Assembly (NCBI GenBank): GCA_009103225.1
Contig: RHPI01001116.1
Coordinates: 968,861 to 1,032,860 of the forward strand
Source of the DNA: Chlorokybus atmophyticus
Lineage: Eukaryota > Plantae > Mesostigma and Chlorokybus algae
Reading direction: 5' to 3'
Length of the DNA: 64,000 bases
Shown: in pieces, positions 1 to 12,533 of the stretch
Layout of the letters: every line of letters starts with the position of its first letter
Position numbering within the stretch: the stretch's first letter is position 1
Notes under the pieces: generated by a model
What the model was told of the DNA's origin: nothing
Databases searched by the model: none
The model's input: only the letters and a program-made list of their open reading frames with translations
Position numbers and translations under genes: made by a program

Positions 1-2513
1 AGCAAATTAGGTGGACCGTTTTCATTGTGCTACAACGGTGATCTTGCTAAGTTGTGCTAATGGATTAAAGCAATCAGCGCCATAAGCAGCAGGACCAATT
101 ATTAAAGTATCGTATTGCTTTGATATTTATGTACAAAGCGGCCGCAGCGGCGGTTAAAGCTATACTGTTGAATTTGGTATAAGTTTTGAGAATATACCCA
201 GTCAATTCAAGGACGATAATATATGTTATATCGTGATCTGGAAATTTAGATAAAAAACGAATGCCCGTCAAGATTACGAATTTGCAAAAATCTCGTGGCT
301 ATGCTACACGTCACAACTTGCAGCTTTTTTGGATCTTACAACATTTAATGCTTTGCAACAGCCTTGCATTAGCCTGTCGAAGTGCACTTAAGCAGCGAAT
401 CTTCATCATATGCATCACCCAAAGAACTTTACACAGATTGCTCTGTCCACAAATAGATTTAAATTTAGAGGATTTTATACTGTGCGACACCACCATCATG
501 ATGGTCACATGGGAATATCGCAATGGATGCTGAGCCATGAGGAATCCGACCTATGCCCTCTAGCATCTCGGCCTCTAAAATGCGCAATTGCGGTTGTTCG
601 CAAGAAACCGTATTTACTCCGATAAGCCTCCCTTAGAGATTACAAACCCCCCACCTTTTTTTTTGTAAGAAAGGGGCTTTTTAAAATATGGGGTTTCAAT
701 TCAAGGGGAGGTGAANNNNNNNNNTGGGCGGGGGCGGGGGGTGTCTGGTTATGGCAACATCTTATGCCACACATGTACAGCATGGTTCAAACCAATATTG
801 CAGCAGAACTTTTGTAGCAGTGCTACTTATTGAAACGACAGGTTTAGCGGCCTGCTGCCGCCATTAAGGTGGTAGAATCTACCGTCGTCGTTGTCGGCGG
901 CAGTAAGATTGTACAGACAATTGTTAGTAACATGCAATACGGTAAGCAAGCGTTCAGCAAGAGTTAAATGGTTAAATACATACTGCCTGCTGCAAGATGA
1001 GCAATTTGCATCCACTTCACGCCAAGATGAAGCGAAAGCTATGTTGTTGCTCCAAAACGCATATATATATATATATATGTGCACATGCATAGTATGCACG
1101 TGCATAGGTCACGGCCATGGTCTTTGCAAAGTCTCCAACAAGACTGCAAGTGCCACTGCACTTGCATGTGCGTCGGACGTACCTGCACACGACAGCAGCA
1201 CTACAATAGGCTAGCAATGATTGGGTGAACACATGGTGCAAGTTAGTGGTTTAAGTATGGCAAAGGCAATAGCCATAGCAGTAGTGCATGTGCTGGGCCC
1301 CACAGCAGCACGGCGAGCAAATGTAGGCAACAACAACAGCAGCATCGCCTCACCTGGACAAAAGTGCATATACCAAGTATGTGTAAATAATAAATAATAA
1401 TTGCACATAATACTGCACATACGTTGTACCGTGTTTTGTCGAATACATCCCCCTTGCAAACAAAGCCCCCCCCCCCCCGCTCTCACAGTTGCGGGTGTTA
1501 TAATGGGAGGGAGCAGGGGGGTGGGGGGTGGGGTTGTATATATACAACAAAACACGATATGTGCACATATATACATGTCACATGTATGTATATACGTAAT
1601 TTATATGATGTAATTTACGTACATAGCCCATTGCGTCTATATTAATTGTACTTATTGCATGTTTATTTCCAGCATCATTGATGCTACAAGCTGTAATGTC
1701 AAACTTGTAAAGTATTGAATACTTTTCATGCAATCTTAATGTACGATATATATGCGACAAGCCTGGCGGCGGAGGCAGCATTGTCGCGGTTGTTGGGTAT
1801 TGGTACAATTATCGTCATCGTCGTCGTCACTCGTGTTTACTCATCTCTGCCCCTCCGCTCTGCCCTGTTTACATATTGCTAGTGGTGTACTACATACCTT
1901 TGCTCATTATTGCCTCTTTTGCTTGCCCCTGCTTGCATATGACCTAGCCCTTTATGTTTGTCGTGTATGAGTTGGTACAGTTTTTGTTGCTATTGTCACT
2001 TGCTTATGCATCTTGCTTCATTTTATTGATGTAGCACGCATGAGATACCCCATGGACGCTACCAACGTTGGTCCCGTTTCAAATCACAATGAAGGCATGA
2101 CATATAGAGGTGACTTTTAGAAACTTTTCAATTTCACACCTCGTCGAGTTGTTGAAAACTTTCAATCAATAGCCACATTGTTTATGGTTGTCCTGCACAA
2201 TTAAAACGCACAATAGTTACTCATGTTTAACATGCATCATACAATAATATGCAATTTTATACATTCAACTTGCTTTTCGTGTATGAAACGGAAACGGTTT
2301 TCATGTAATGTACATCATACATGCACACACATACAAATGTATGTATATATATGCGCATGTTATACATGATGCATATTGATTGTCATGGCATAATATGATG
2401 TAAATGCTGCACATATTTTTTAACAGGTTAATGTTCATAACGTATATATTCTTGAATTATAGACGTGATATATATGATATTGTTCACCTTTCTGATCATC
2501 AGACCTTCAAAGT

Positions 2514-2557
2514 CTAGAGTTTTCTTGCAGATGCATCAATCTGCAAGAAAACTCTAG
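2514..2557. repeat. Perfect inverted repeat (19-bp stem, 6-nt loop)
   Basis: CTAGAGTTTTCTTGCAGAT-gcatca-ATCTGCAAGAAAACTCTAG. Confidence 0.9.
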
Positions 2558-3369
2558 CTGAAATACTATGAGCATATTGAAACACAAGAACAAACAAACA
2601 CTGACATGAGACCTCGTAATGCGCTAAAAACAAGCATGCCGAGGTGAGTTGTCAATGTCAGTCAACTTATACTACAACCCCATGCCTATCAAGCTATCAA
2701 CCCGTTCCTGATGGGTCTTGTCAGTCACATTCAAGCTGCTGCGTCATTTAGCTGCGCCGCCAGTTCCCTTCCGTACGGTGACTGTCGGGTGCCTTCCCGG
2801 TCCAAGGCGCCGCCGACTTCGAACCGCCGTGCGATGAGCATCTTAGTTCGGGGAAACGGCATCATATCTTCGTCAATATTCCCCACCATCATGGTTAGGC
2901 ACGAACGTGTTTCGCTTGCAGAGGAACAAATGGGGACAAGAGCGACAGCTGTCCCACTGTTCCGTAAATCAATGCACTCCAGTGCAACCTCTCATGGCTA
3001 GACATGGCTATGGTACCTACAATAGGCTGTTTACCTGGTCCTTTCATGCGTACTGATCCCCGGTCAGTGCCGGTCGCCATTATGTCATGGCAATGCACGT
3101 ACAGTGGCATGTAATGATGCATGCCTAATGCAGCGGTGCATAAGTTCATGCATTGGAGTGGCGGCGCGGGCGGCGGGGGAAGCGGGGGAGGTGAAGAAGA
3201 AGATTCCCCTCCGGGGATCAGGGAGGGTGAGAGAGGGTAAATTAGTAGTAGGTGGAGCAGAAACAGGGAGCGAGTAGTATCAAGTTGAGGAGGAGGTGCG
3301 GGTGGAGGAGGAGGAGGAGGAGGAGGAGAAGGAGGAGGCGGAGTGGGAGGGGGCGTCAGGGTAGCCAGG

Positions 3370-6089
3370 ATGGAGAGCAAGCGGGCGGCGGAGGGCGCCA
3401 TGCAGGGCAACCCAGTGGAGGGATACGCTGGCGTCGTAAACTTTGAAGAGCATCCGGGCCAAACGACGGACGTCGTCATCAAGGGCGAGGTGGGCCCCAC
3501 TGACTGAGTGCACCTGCCTGCATCCATGCTATGTTCCTGAGTGCATGCCTGTGTGTGTGATGTGTCCCATTGCTGATGGCTGTGTGTGCGTGTGTTAACA
3601 GACCAAGCAATACTCTCGCAACCCCGTCGTGCACTTCGTGCAATGGGTGCTGAGCTTCGTTATCCCCGGCATGGGCATGTTCTCCGAAGCCTACTTTATC
3701 TTCGCCGTCGGCAACCTCACCAACATATGGAAGTCGGAGTATCCTGGTAAGTTGTCAATGGATGCACGTAGCACAAGCACCCGCTCACACACATCTCAAT
3801 GTCTTTACACACCCCACCAGCAACCACAACTTCCCTGCTGCCCACAGCCTGAGGCCGTTGCTCTCTGTGTCGCGGCTATGTTTGTTTTCAGTTCCACGAC
3901 CATCATGATGTCGTGAGGACAACTCTTAACCTGGACATGTGTGTTTGCAGAGTGCTGGGTGACCCACGCGGTGTGTCGCAAAAACCTCTCGGACGTGATC
4001 CAGTACTCTCAAATCGCTGGCATCATCGTCGGCATGCTGATCATCTCCTTCTTCGCCGACCGCCTCGGACGCAAGCTGGGCTCTGTCTTGACTGCCTCCA
4101 TCATGTTGGTGCGTGCGTGCGTCATGTGTGTGCGGGTACATACATAAACCATGTTGTAAGTCGCTGCGTGACACTGTGTTGTGCTTTGACTGCAGGTAGG
4201 CGCTGGTCTTATGACGGGCGCGGCGGGCAGGTCCACGAGCGGCCTCTTCATCATGTTCCTCGTGGCCCAGGTCAGCTGAGCACGCGCACGTGCACGCACT
4301 GCTTGTGTGAAATGCTCGCTGTGCCACCAACTGTCTTTACCCCCCACCCCCGCAGATCTGGTTCGGTTTTGGCGTGGGCGGTGAGTACCCGATCGCGTCC
4401 TCCTCGGCAGCTGAGCGTGCAGAGGCAGACTCCAGACTCGTGCAGCGAAGAGGGGAGACCGTCGTGTGCGTTTTCTCCATGCAGGGCTGGGGCAACTTCG
4501 TCAACACCTTGAACGTTGTATGGCTGCTCGCCGCCTTCGGAGAAAATGGCGCCCCTTACAACCCCGGTACTTGTATAGTGTAGTTAGTTTATGCCTGAGT
4601 GCATTGCTGTTCCCAAAGCCAACTCTCTCTCGCTGTCTCTCAGGCCACCTGAATGCTGTGTGGAGGATCTCCCTTGGGCTTGGCATCTTCCCCATCATCT
4701 TCATGCTCGGCTGGCGCATTTTCGTCCTCAAGGAGAGCGCCGTGTGGAAGGCAAAGCGTCAGTCCCTCGAGAAGAGCGGCGTGGGCGTGCGCTTTGACAA
4801 CCGCAAGCTCCTCCTTGTGTTCAAACACTATGGCCCGCGACTCGTGGGCACGTCCCTGTCGTGGTTCGTGTGGGACTTTGCCTTCTACGGAAATAAGCTC
4901 TTCCAGTCGACATTCATCAAGATCATCAACCCTGGTGCAGGCGTGCGCGAAGGTGCGCGTTTGTGGGAGCGTTGTTGACATACAATGGGTTCGTATTGAG
5001 TGCTGTGTGGCTGTGCACGCAACAACCAATCACATCTAAACACGCGTACACGCAGTCGCGCTGTGGACGTTGCTCAACTCGGGAGTGGCGCTGGTGGGCT
5101 ACTACTTTGCTGCGTTCACCATCGACAAGGTGAGTGGGTAGCAATCACACTATCACAGGAGCAAGCCTAGAGTGAGTACATATAGAGATGACAAACTCAC
5201 CCACATGCGCGCACGCATGCAGACGTGGATGGGTCGTCGTCGCATGCAGAACATGGGCTTCGTGTGGATGTTTGTGCTGTTTACCATCTGCGCGGCGGCC
5301 TACCACCACCTCCTCAAGCCCGGCTCCCCCATCCACTGGTTCCAGTTCATGTACTACTTCTCGTCCTTCTGGGGCCAGTGGGGTCCCAATGCGACCACGT
5401 GGCTGCTCGCCGGTGAGCTGTACCCGACGGAGGTGCGCGCCATGTGCCATGGTATCTCCGCAGCATGGGGCAAGGTGGGTGTGTGTCTGCAAGTGTTATC
5501 AATGGTAGCGGAGGGGAGTATGCTTACGCATCTGCTCTACTGCACAGTTGGGTGCGCTTGTGTCGGGCATCATCTTTGCGCATGTCTCGGACCGCGCCAA
5601 GTTCTGGGCCTCTGGCGTGTGCGGCCTCGTCGGCATCGTCGTCACAACCCTCTTCATCCCGGATTACACCGGTCTCGACTTGCGAGAGGCAGACAAGTAC
5701 GTACCGACAAACACATGTATACCCACACCACCACTAACCCTAGGACATCCTCGTGTCTGTCCCTCTCTCACACACGCGCGCACATGCATGCATGACTCAC
5801 AGTTATACCCATACCTATACCTGTACCCATATCTACGCACACACCTCACCCACCTTATCTACCCACCAGGTTGTGGTTGTATCGGGCTGAGAACCGCTCA
5901 GACCGGTACCACGGTGAGGCCATCAACCCGCGCCACTTGTCGTTGTTTGAGAGGTTGGTTTTCCGCACGGGTGCTGGCTACAACCCTGAGCTCGCCGCCA
6001 AGGCGCACGACAGCCAGGGGTACGGCACGTATGCCAACACCAAGAGTGGAAAGGAGTTGACGAATGTAAGCAAAACGGATGTTGCCTGA
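3370..6089 (+). CDS. PHT1: MFS H+/phosphate symporter (PHT1/Pho84/algal PTA family), multi-exon
   Basis: ATG 3370 (MESKRAAEG..), phase-0 intron 3490-3601, then exons reading IPGMGMFSEAYFIF, FGVGGEYPIASSSAAE, VFSMQGWG, LSWFVWDFAFYGNKLFQS, FWGQWGPNATTWLLAGELYPTEVRAMCHGISAA; stop TGA at 6089. These are characteristic PHT1/PTA motifs. Confidence 0.93.
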
Positions 6090-7765
6090 AGTCCTTGAGT
6101 TGAGTATTGGAAGGTTATACGATTGTATGTTAGTCATACTCCTAATGGTGTTGACAGTTTATTTGTTATCGTTGGTGTTCTAGTTGCGTGTAGTCATCTG
6201 CTGTTGCGTAAGGAACACGCATAGAGCTGGTCTGTTGTCTGTGCGGTTGTACATACATGTGTGACAGTTGTCATGCAAATGATGGTGATAGTCCCAGTAT
6301 ATAGAGCTGTAGTTCAGTACAGCAGCAGTAGTTATTTTGTGCTGTCTGAACATGCAGCATTCAATGTTCAGTGTTTTACCTTGGCCAGCATTGGTACAGC
6401 GTAGTGATTAGTTCCAACTCATGCATCTACACAAAATACACTTGTGCCTCGGGGTGAATAGCTAAGCGCATGCAATCAGATGTGCAGTGTAATAGACAGT
6501 AATGGCCAAGTATTCCGGCGATTTTGTAAGTAAATCCCTGACTGCAAACTGTATAGCTAGGTGAATAGGTTGTAGTAGAGTTTCGACGTGTGCTGACAGG
6601 TTTGGAGTGAGCCATCAAAGGCCAACGCAAATGCCTGCATAAGGAAAAATTGTGGCAAGACCATGGGTCGATACGCATCACCTACGTGGATTGTAATGGG
6701 TGGTATGGAAATTGCACAAACATTCGCAAACTGTCAACCCCCATGTCATCTCTGCTGTGTCAGGTGGTTGAAGCATAACAGAATTTGGATCCTGATGGGT
6801 TCCTCTACTGGTTGTATGCTATGCCATCCCGGCGTAATTCCAGCCTGCCTACCGTTGGTATGCACGCATATAGGAAACCAGCCCCTTAGCTAGCTTGATG
6901 TTGGTTGCCTTGTAGTGTTGATATACAATGTGCCTTGCTTTGCCCTGCCCTCGGTGCTGTGCTGTGCTGTGTGACTGGGGGGTTACCTCAATGCTATACG
7001 CTATGCATGGTGACTGCACATGCATTCACGTGCGCGCGTGCATGCGTGTGCCTGCGCATTGGTGCACACCACCACTTGTTGTCACCAAAGCTCTATGCGC
7101 ACACGTGGTCATAGCAACTTCGCCCACAAGTACAATGCGATGCGTGTGGCCAACCTGTACACAGCAGCCACACACAACCACATCCTCTAGAGCGCGCGAC
7201 ACTCAGTCGTCCTCGGATCGCGTCCCTCAATGTGGACTTGACTGTAGTGTTAGACACACACGCAGTTCTTGTGGCAACCACGCACAGACGCTCAAGTACG
7301 CAAGGCATGCATGCTCGCACCAGCAGCATGCTCCTGCACACCCAGCACAATGGCGGCCCACAATGTCCAAAACAGCAGGCATCGCCCCTCCCTCCAGCCA
7401 ACCCGGGTGGGAAAGTTATGCAGGTTACGCCTTTGAGTTCAATCATGCGGCCTGTCTGTCTCCGTCCAACCCTAACGCTGCATTCGCTTGCCGTAGCAGT
7501 CAAAGCGGACGAGGACACATCATCATGCACCATGCATGCCCCGTCAGCAGCAGCTCGGCCTGGACCTACCTCACCGCCACGGTGGCCCATTAAAAACACG
7601 CACGCCTGTTGACAACACTGCACGAATGCGTGTAACGCGGCTCACAGCATATGTCTATATCGCGGGCTAGCGTTTCAGCTCAAGCGCTTAGCGCGTCAAC
7701 TCAATTCAATTCAATTCAACAGTTCAAAAGTGAAGCCGCGCAAGCCCGCTGCTGACAAGGAGGAC

Positions 7766-9354
7766 ATGGCGACGGCGGTGGCGGTGGCGGCGGCGGGAGG
7801 AGGAGGAGGAGGAGGAGGAGCGAGGGAGGCGGCGAGGCAGGCAGGGAGGGATCTCCTCCAGGAATTTCGAGCCCGCCGGGCGCTGGCAGTGAGCCTCGCC
7901 GCCGCCGCCACCGCCGCCTCCGCTGAAGAGCGGGAGCCTCACAAGACTAAGCAGGAGGTGGTGGAAGGGGCGGAGGTTAAGGAGAAGGAGAAGGAGAAGG
8001 AGAAGGATGACCTGCTTGCTACGTGGAGGCGCGCACGTGCATCTTCCTCCTCCCGCCGCAGCATCGTCTCAGCCCCCCGGCATGAGGAGCAGCCAGGCCT
8101 GCTCCTGCGTCGGCCGCACGCAGTGGTAGGGTTGCTGCTGCCCCTGGCCGAGGCGGACGACAACAAGGACGCGCCACCGTCACCCGCCGCCGTCGTCTCC
8201 CCACTCCCGCCCCTGCCCTCCACCGCCGCCGCCTCCTCCTCCTCCTCTTCGTCCAGGCGTGGGCGGCGGAGCCTCGGCGTGCAGTGCGAGCCCACACCGC
8301 AGCAGGAGGAGGCGGCGGCGGCAGCAAGGCTGCCTCACGTTGAGGGTTGTTTGGGGTCACAGGAGGGGGTGACGTTAATAAGGTGAGGACGCAAGATCAC
8401 GATTGCGATTGAGTATGGTATGCATGTGCATGCATGCATGCATGCCAGTGTCCCCCTGTTGTGTTGTATAGTGCATGCAAGGTGCGTGTGCCAGTGTGTT
8501 TACAGCAGCAGCATTGACGACCCAATGTACGACAGCAGTCATGCGCACACGATTGTCATGCACATGCTGTTGCTGCTTGATGGTTATCATCATGTGGTCC
8601 CTCATAAACGCGTATCTGCATGGCACGTGTTCTGGCTGTCGTTGTGTTTTGGTCGCATTGCACCTCGCGCGTTGTTGCCATGCATGCTGAATGCAGAGGT
8701 TATATTGTTAACATCAGCGGCAGGCCCGAGCGGACAGTCCGCGAGGCGGGCACCAGCACAATAACACAAGAGGAAGAAGGCAGCATGGATCAACAGCCAC
8801 GCACGCCTCGGGTTGGAGCACAAGACGAACGCGACGTTCAGCAACTTGTGTCCAAGCTTGTGGACCTGGTCAGTAGCACCTTCATTGTGATGGTGATGAT
8901 GCCTAGGAGGGACTGTGAGAATCTACTCTCATGCTGTCATGTTGCAGACTGTTGTGGAGGCACTGTTTGATGACGCTGTGGAGGCATCCTGCCTCAGCCC
9001 GCACAACACCAATAAAAGCTCTCATGTGACGCGTGAAGCACCCGCAGGGTCAGAGCCTTGCCCTTTGCTTGGTTACTCTGGTCACCCGCAAATCGCTGTT
9101 GACAATAAAGCCACCCCTTCCCAAGCGTGTCAGGCAGAAAGGTAAGAGAAGCGAGCGTGCTGGAGAGCAGCAGAGTACTGGTTAGTACTTGCTCTTATTT
9201 GTTAATTGTGTATGTTGGTTGCAGTGACAGCGAGGATGATGATGAGTTTGAGAAGGATGAGCTTGTGCAGATGCTGCGCACTCGGGTCGAGTGGTATCGC
9301 GGTCAACTGCGCGAGAGCAGTCCACCCCATGCACAACCGAGGCTCGTGTGTTGA
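7766..9354 (+). CDS. Hypothetical low-complexity protein, 4 exons (weak PROSER3-like motifs)
   Basis: ATG 7766 (the track's 7730 start is GTG). Three GT-AG introns (after 8382, ~8870, ~9142) join ORF segments 7730, 8620, 8915 and 9127 with consistent phases (2,0,2). GC-rich exons; ends ..DDEFEKDELVQMLRTRVEWYRGQLRE..stop 9354. Confidence 0.65.
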
Positions 9355-10617
9355 CAACCATGCATAATTAATGACTGTAGTAGGGACTAGACAACATGCA
9401 TTTGCATAAGCGAGTCGCAGTTTAGCGAATTATGAGGACAGTTTGGCAATAAAATCACCGACTGCTTTACGCAACTGATGCTGCAGAGCCTGTACGACCA
9501 AGAGTTACAGCAATGCACACATAACAGCAGCCCGTGTGGGCAGGTAATAATAAACGTGCGCATGTACATGCATGTTTAACGGGGAAGGCTAGTAGCTGGT
9601 AGTTTAGTGCAGTAGATTAGGACCGGTGGTGACAACGGTGAAATGTATACTAGTGTGCATGTAATGCTTGAGTGGTTGTGATGCATTGCATGCGTGTGCC
9701 TAATAGCACGTCGTATAACCTGTACACTGATGATATGCTAGCATGCGTACCTGCCTATCTAGTACATTGCAGACACGCCCCCAACCATCAACTGGTGGAT
9801 AGGTAACAATTGGCGCAATCACCTTTCAATCTGTCAGCATGGGCAACAGTGTCAGCGGATGGTTTTACACACTAGAAGATCATAATCATGCAACTTGTGT
9901 CACCGCGAATGTGTAATGTTTGGTCGCTTATTCTCTACTGTCCGCGCCGTCGTTATTGATCAACCTCAGCACGCTCTGAACATGATGTTTAGCAGCAAAT
10001 TCGTGTCTTAACCAAGTGCCAATACCCCGAAATTTGTCTGTGTCTTGCGTCGTAAGTTGCAACTGCTCCATGCAGACAAAGCCAACCTGCACTTGGCGCA
10101 CAATACAGTAGCTTACTTCTTTGTCATGTAGCTAGACACGTAGGCTAGTATGCCAGCTTAGTGCCATGACACCATCCTTGCATACTACATTATACACCTC
10201 CCCAAAGCCAATGATATATGTACTGACTGAAACATTGCAATGTGACAAACCGTGTACTGTAACAGTTCTTGTTTCCATTATTCCCACTGATCAGCACAAA
10301 AAACCCGACATGAAACATTATTTCAAAAGGTCAGCTGTTGTAAGTTGTTTTTATCTTCCACGTATGTACTTGCAACTTGCCTCTCTTTACATACTTTGCC
10401 TAATCACACAAGGCACACCAAACCAAGGTGACAGCTGCGATACACAATCCCACCAGGCACGGCACTGCACATGGCATGTACACATATTGACACATCAGCC
10501 TGAGCACACATCCAGCAGTCACCTACACCACACTTTTGGCGCGTGCATATACTGCAATATGGTTATATGAACAATCCCAGGGATGAGTGTTCTACAGGGA
10601 GGGGTAACCAACTAAAT

Positions 10618-11971
10618 CTAAGCGATGGTGAAAGAGTCAAAGACGGGCCTGACAGCGCGGTCAGTGCCCTTGAACCAGCGCTTGTCTCCGGCCTGAATCT
10701 TGAGGACATACAGGTTGCCATCCTTGACAGCAGCGTTGATCAGCTGGTGCCTGCCACCCTCATCGCCATCGGCTGCGGAGAACAAGTTAAGAATATTCAG
10801 CAAACCACAGTGCATACAACCATATATGATCAACTCAGTATTCTCAACATACCGGTGGTGGTGAGCATCTCGTATTTGTAGTAAGTGGTGCCGTTCCTGT
10901 CCTTGGTGGTATTCACGTCCAGGAGAGCGGTCTTGGCAACCTTGCCAGAGGCAAAGCCACCCTCTGAGCGGGTCTCACCAGAATACACCTGAAAGAGGTC
11001 ATCACCCAACGTCAACCACCAATCCGGAAAATCCTTCCTGAACGAGGTATACATGAAGCATACTCAACATGAAGTCCAACTGCCCAAGGACCCATGCAAC
11101 ACCAACGGGGTAGCTACCTGCTGACCGAGGAAGAAGGAGATCTGGTCCAGGAAGGTCTCAGGGCTGCCGTAGTCCGTAACAGAGCTCTTGGTGGTGGGGG
11201 TCTTGGTCACAACCATGTTGGAGACGGCATCGAAGTTGTCCTCGAAGCTGCCAGCCAACACCCAAGATGTCAGTGCTTGATCTGCTGTGTACTGTGACAA
11301 TTGAAGGACCACTGCAGCGGCAACTTACCGAGCCTGTGTGTTGGGGAAGTCCTGCTCCTTAGATGTGTTCCACTTGGCGGGGACAGCGACGGTGAAGCCA
11401 GCACCCTTGAACACGCGGAAGCCTGCGACGCACAGACAACACCATCAGCTTTATAGATGCAACCGTGCATGGAGGCGATGAAGATTGAACCTCCTGCTAC
11501 GATTGAAAAGGATTCTTCTTACCGGTGTTGGGGGTGGCAGAGCCGAAGACGTTGGCGCGCTCGCCGTAGGCGGCGAGGGCGGGCTTGTCGGCGAGCGTGG
11601 CAGCGGCGAGGGTGGTGGCGACCAGGCCCAGGGCGGCGCGCCGGGAGATGCTGTCCTCCTCGATATGGCACACGGTCGAGCGCTGCACAGCAACATCGTG
11701 AGCAACACAATCATTAAACCTCAGCCACACCACTGCCACTGCCAGCCAGTGCCAGCTCCCTTTGCATGCTGGCCAGTATGCAAAGTGTTGAACAAGCCAT
11801 CAAGGTGTGCTAACCATGAGCAACTGTAACGTGTGACCCAAAATGAACTAGCATGCTCACCTTGGCAGCGCAGACCGGCGCGGCGGCACGGGCGCGGCGA
11901 GTCTCCTTGAGCTCTGAGCCCAAGAAGGAGGTCTTGGGTGCCGAGACGGCGGCAGCGGTGGACAACGCCAT
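10618..11971 (-). CDS. PSBP: Photosystem II oxygen-evolving enhancer protein 2 (PsbP), plastid-targeted
   Basis: ATG 11971 [13 protein letters not shown] (transit peptide), [23 protein letters not shown] (lumenal signal), [60 protein letters not shown]; stop TAA 10618. Confidence 0.96.
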
Positions 11972-12533
11972 TGCAACCACACGCAAGAAGCTGGCAACCA
12001 CCGCTACCTGCACGTCCTCCTCCTCCTCCTGCTCACCACTGACGCCGCCCCCTTTCTCTTCACTTGCTGACAGGCGCTGCGGGCAGAGTGATGGCTGCGG
12101 TGATGACTATGACGGACTGCCGTGTGCGGACCAATCAAATACCGGCATTCCCGACCAATCCTGACCAGCCATTCCCGATAAGGAGGGGGCGGACGCACCC
12201 GCGGCACAGGGCTACAATCCACACACTTCTTCGGAGGGTCTGGATCCGGCTTCGAACTGGACTCTATTTGACTCCGCTCGATCGACCTGGATAAAACTTT
12301 GAGATACCGTATGAGATATCGTACAGTAATACGCGGTACAGTGCGTGTCGTAGGTGACGGTTCGGTGAGTTATGCTCGTAACGTAGCCGGCGGCGGCGGC
12401 GGCGGCGGTGGTGGCGGGAAGGACGCTGCGCTGGTGCTGGCGGCGGCAGTGGCGTAGTTGGGGACGTGGCGGTGGTACTGCTGGTGGTGGTGCTTGAGCG
12501 GATGGTGTGAGAGGTGGTGTTTGTCTTGGCGTG

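Noticed and set aside
1366-1595. P1BS-like GNATATNC sites (1366, 1588) upstream of the phosphate transporter
   Set aside because: About 2 kb away in AT-rich DNA where 1-2 are expected by chance; the same motif also occurs near PsbP.
827-2895. Scattered protein-like minus-strand fragments (e.g. NHLTLAERLL..; MMVGNIDEDMMPFP..)
   Set aside because: I could not assemble a phase-consistent gene or recognise a domain.
6500-6890. Possible His-Cys/HNH-like remnant (..CQVVEA*QNLDPDG..)
   Set aside because: Too weak, interrupted by stops, and key His/Cys residues are missing.
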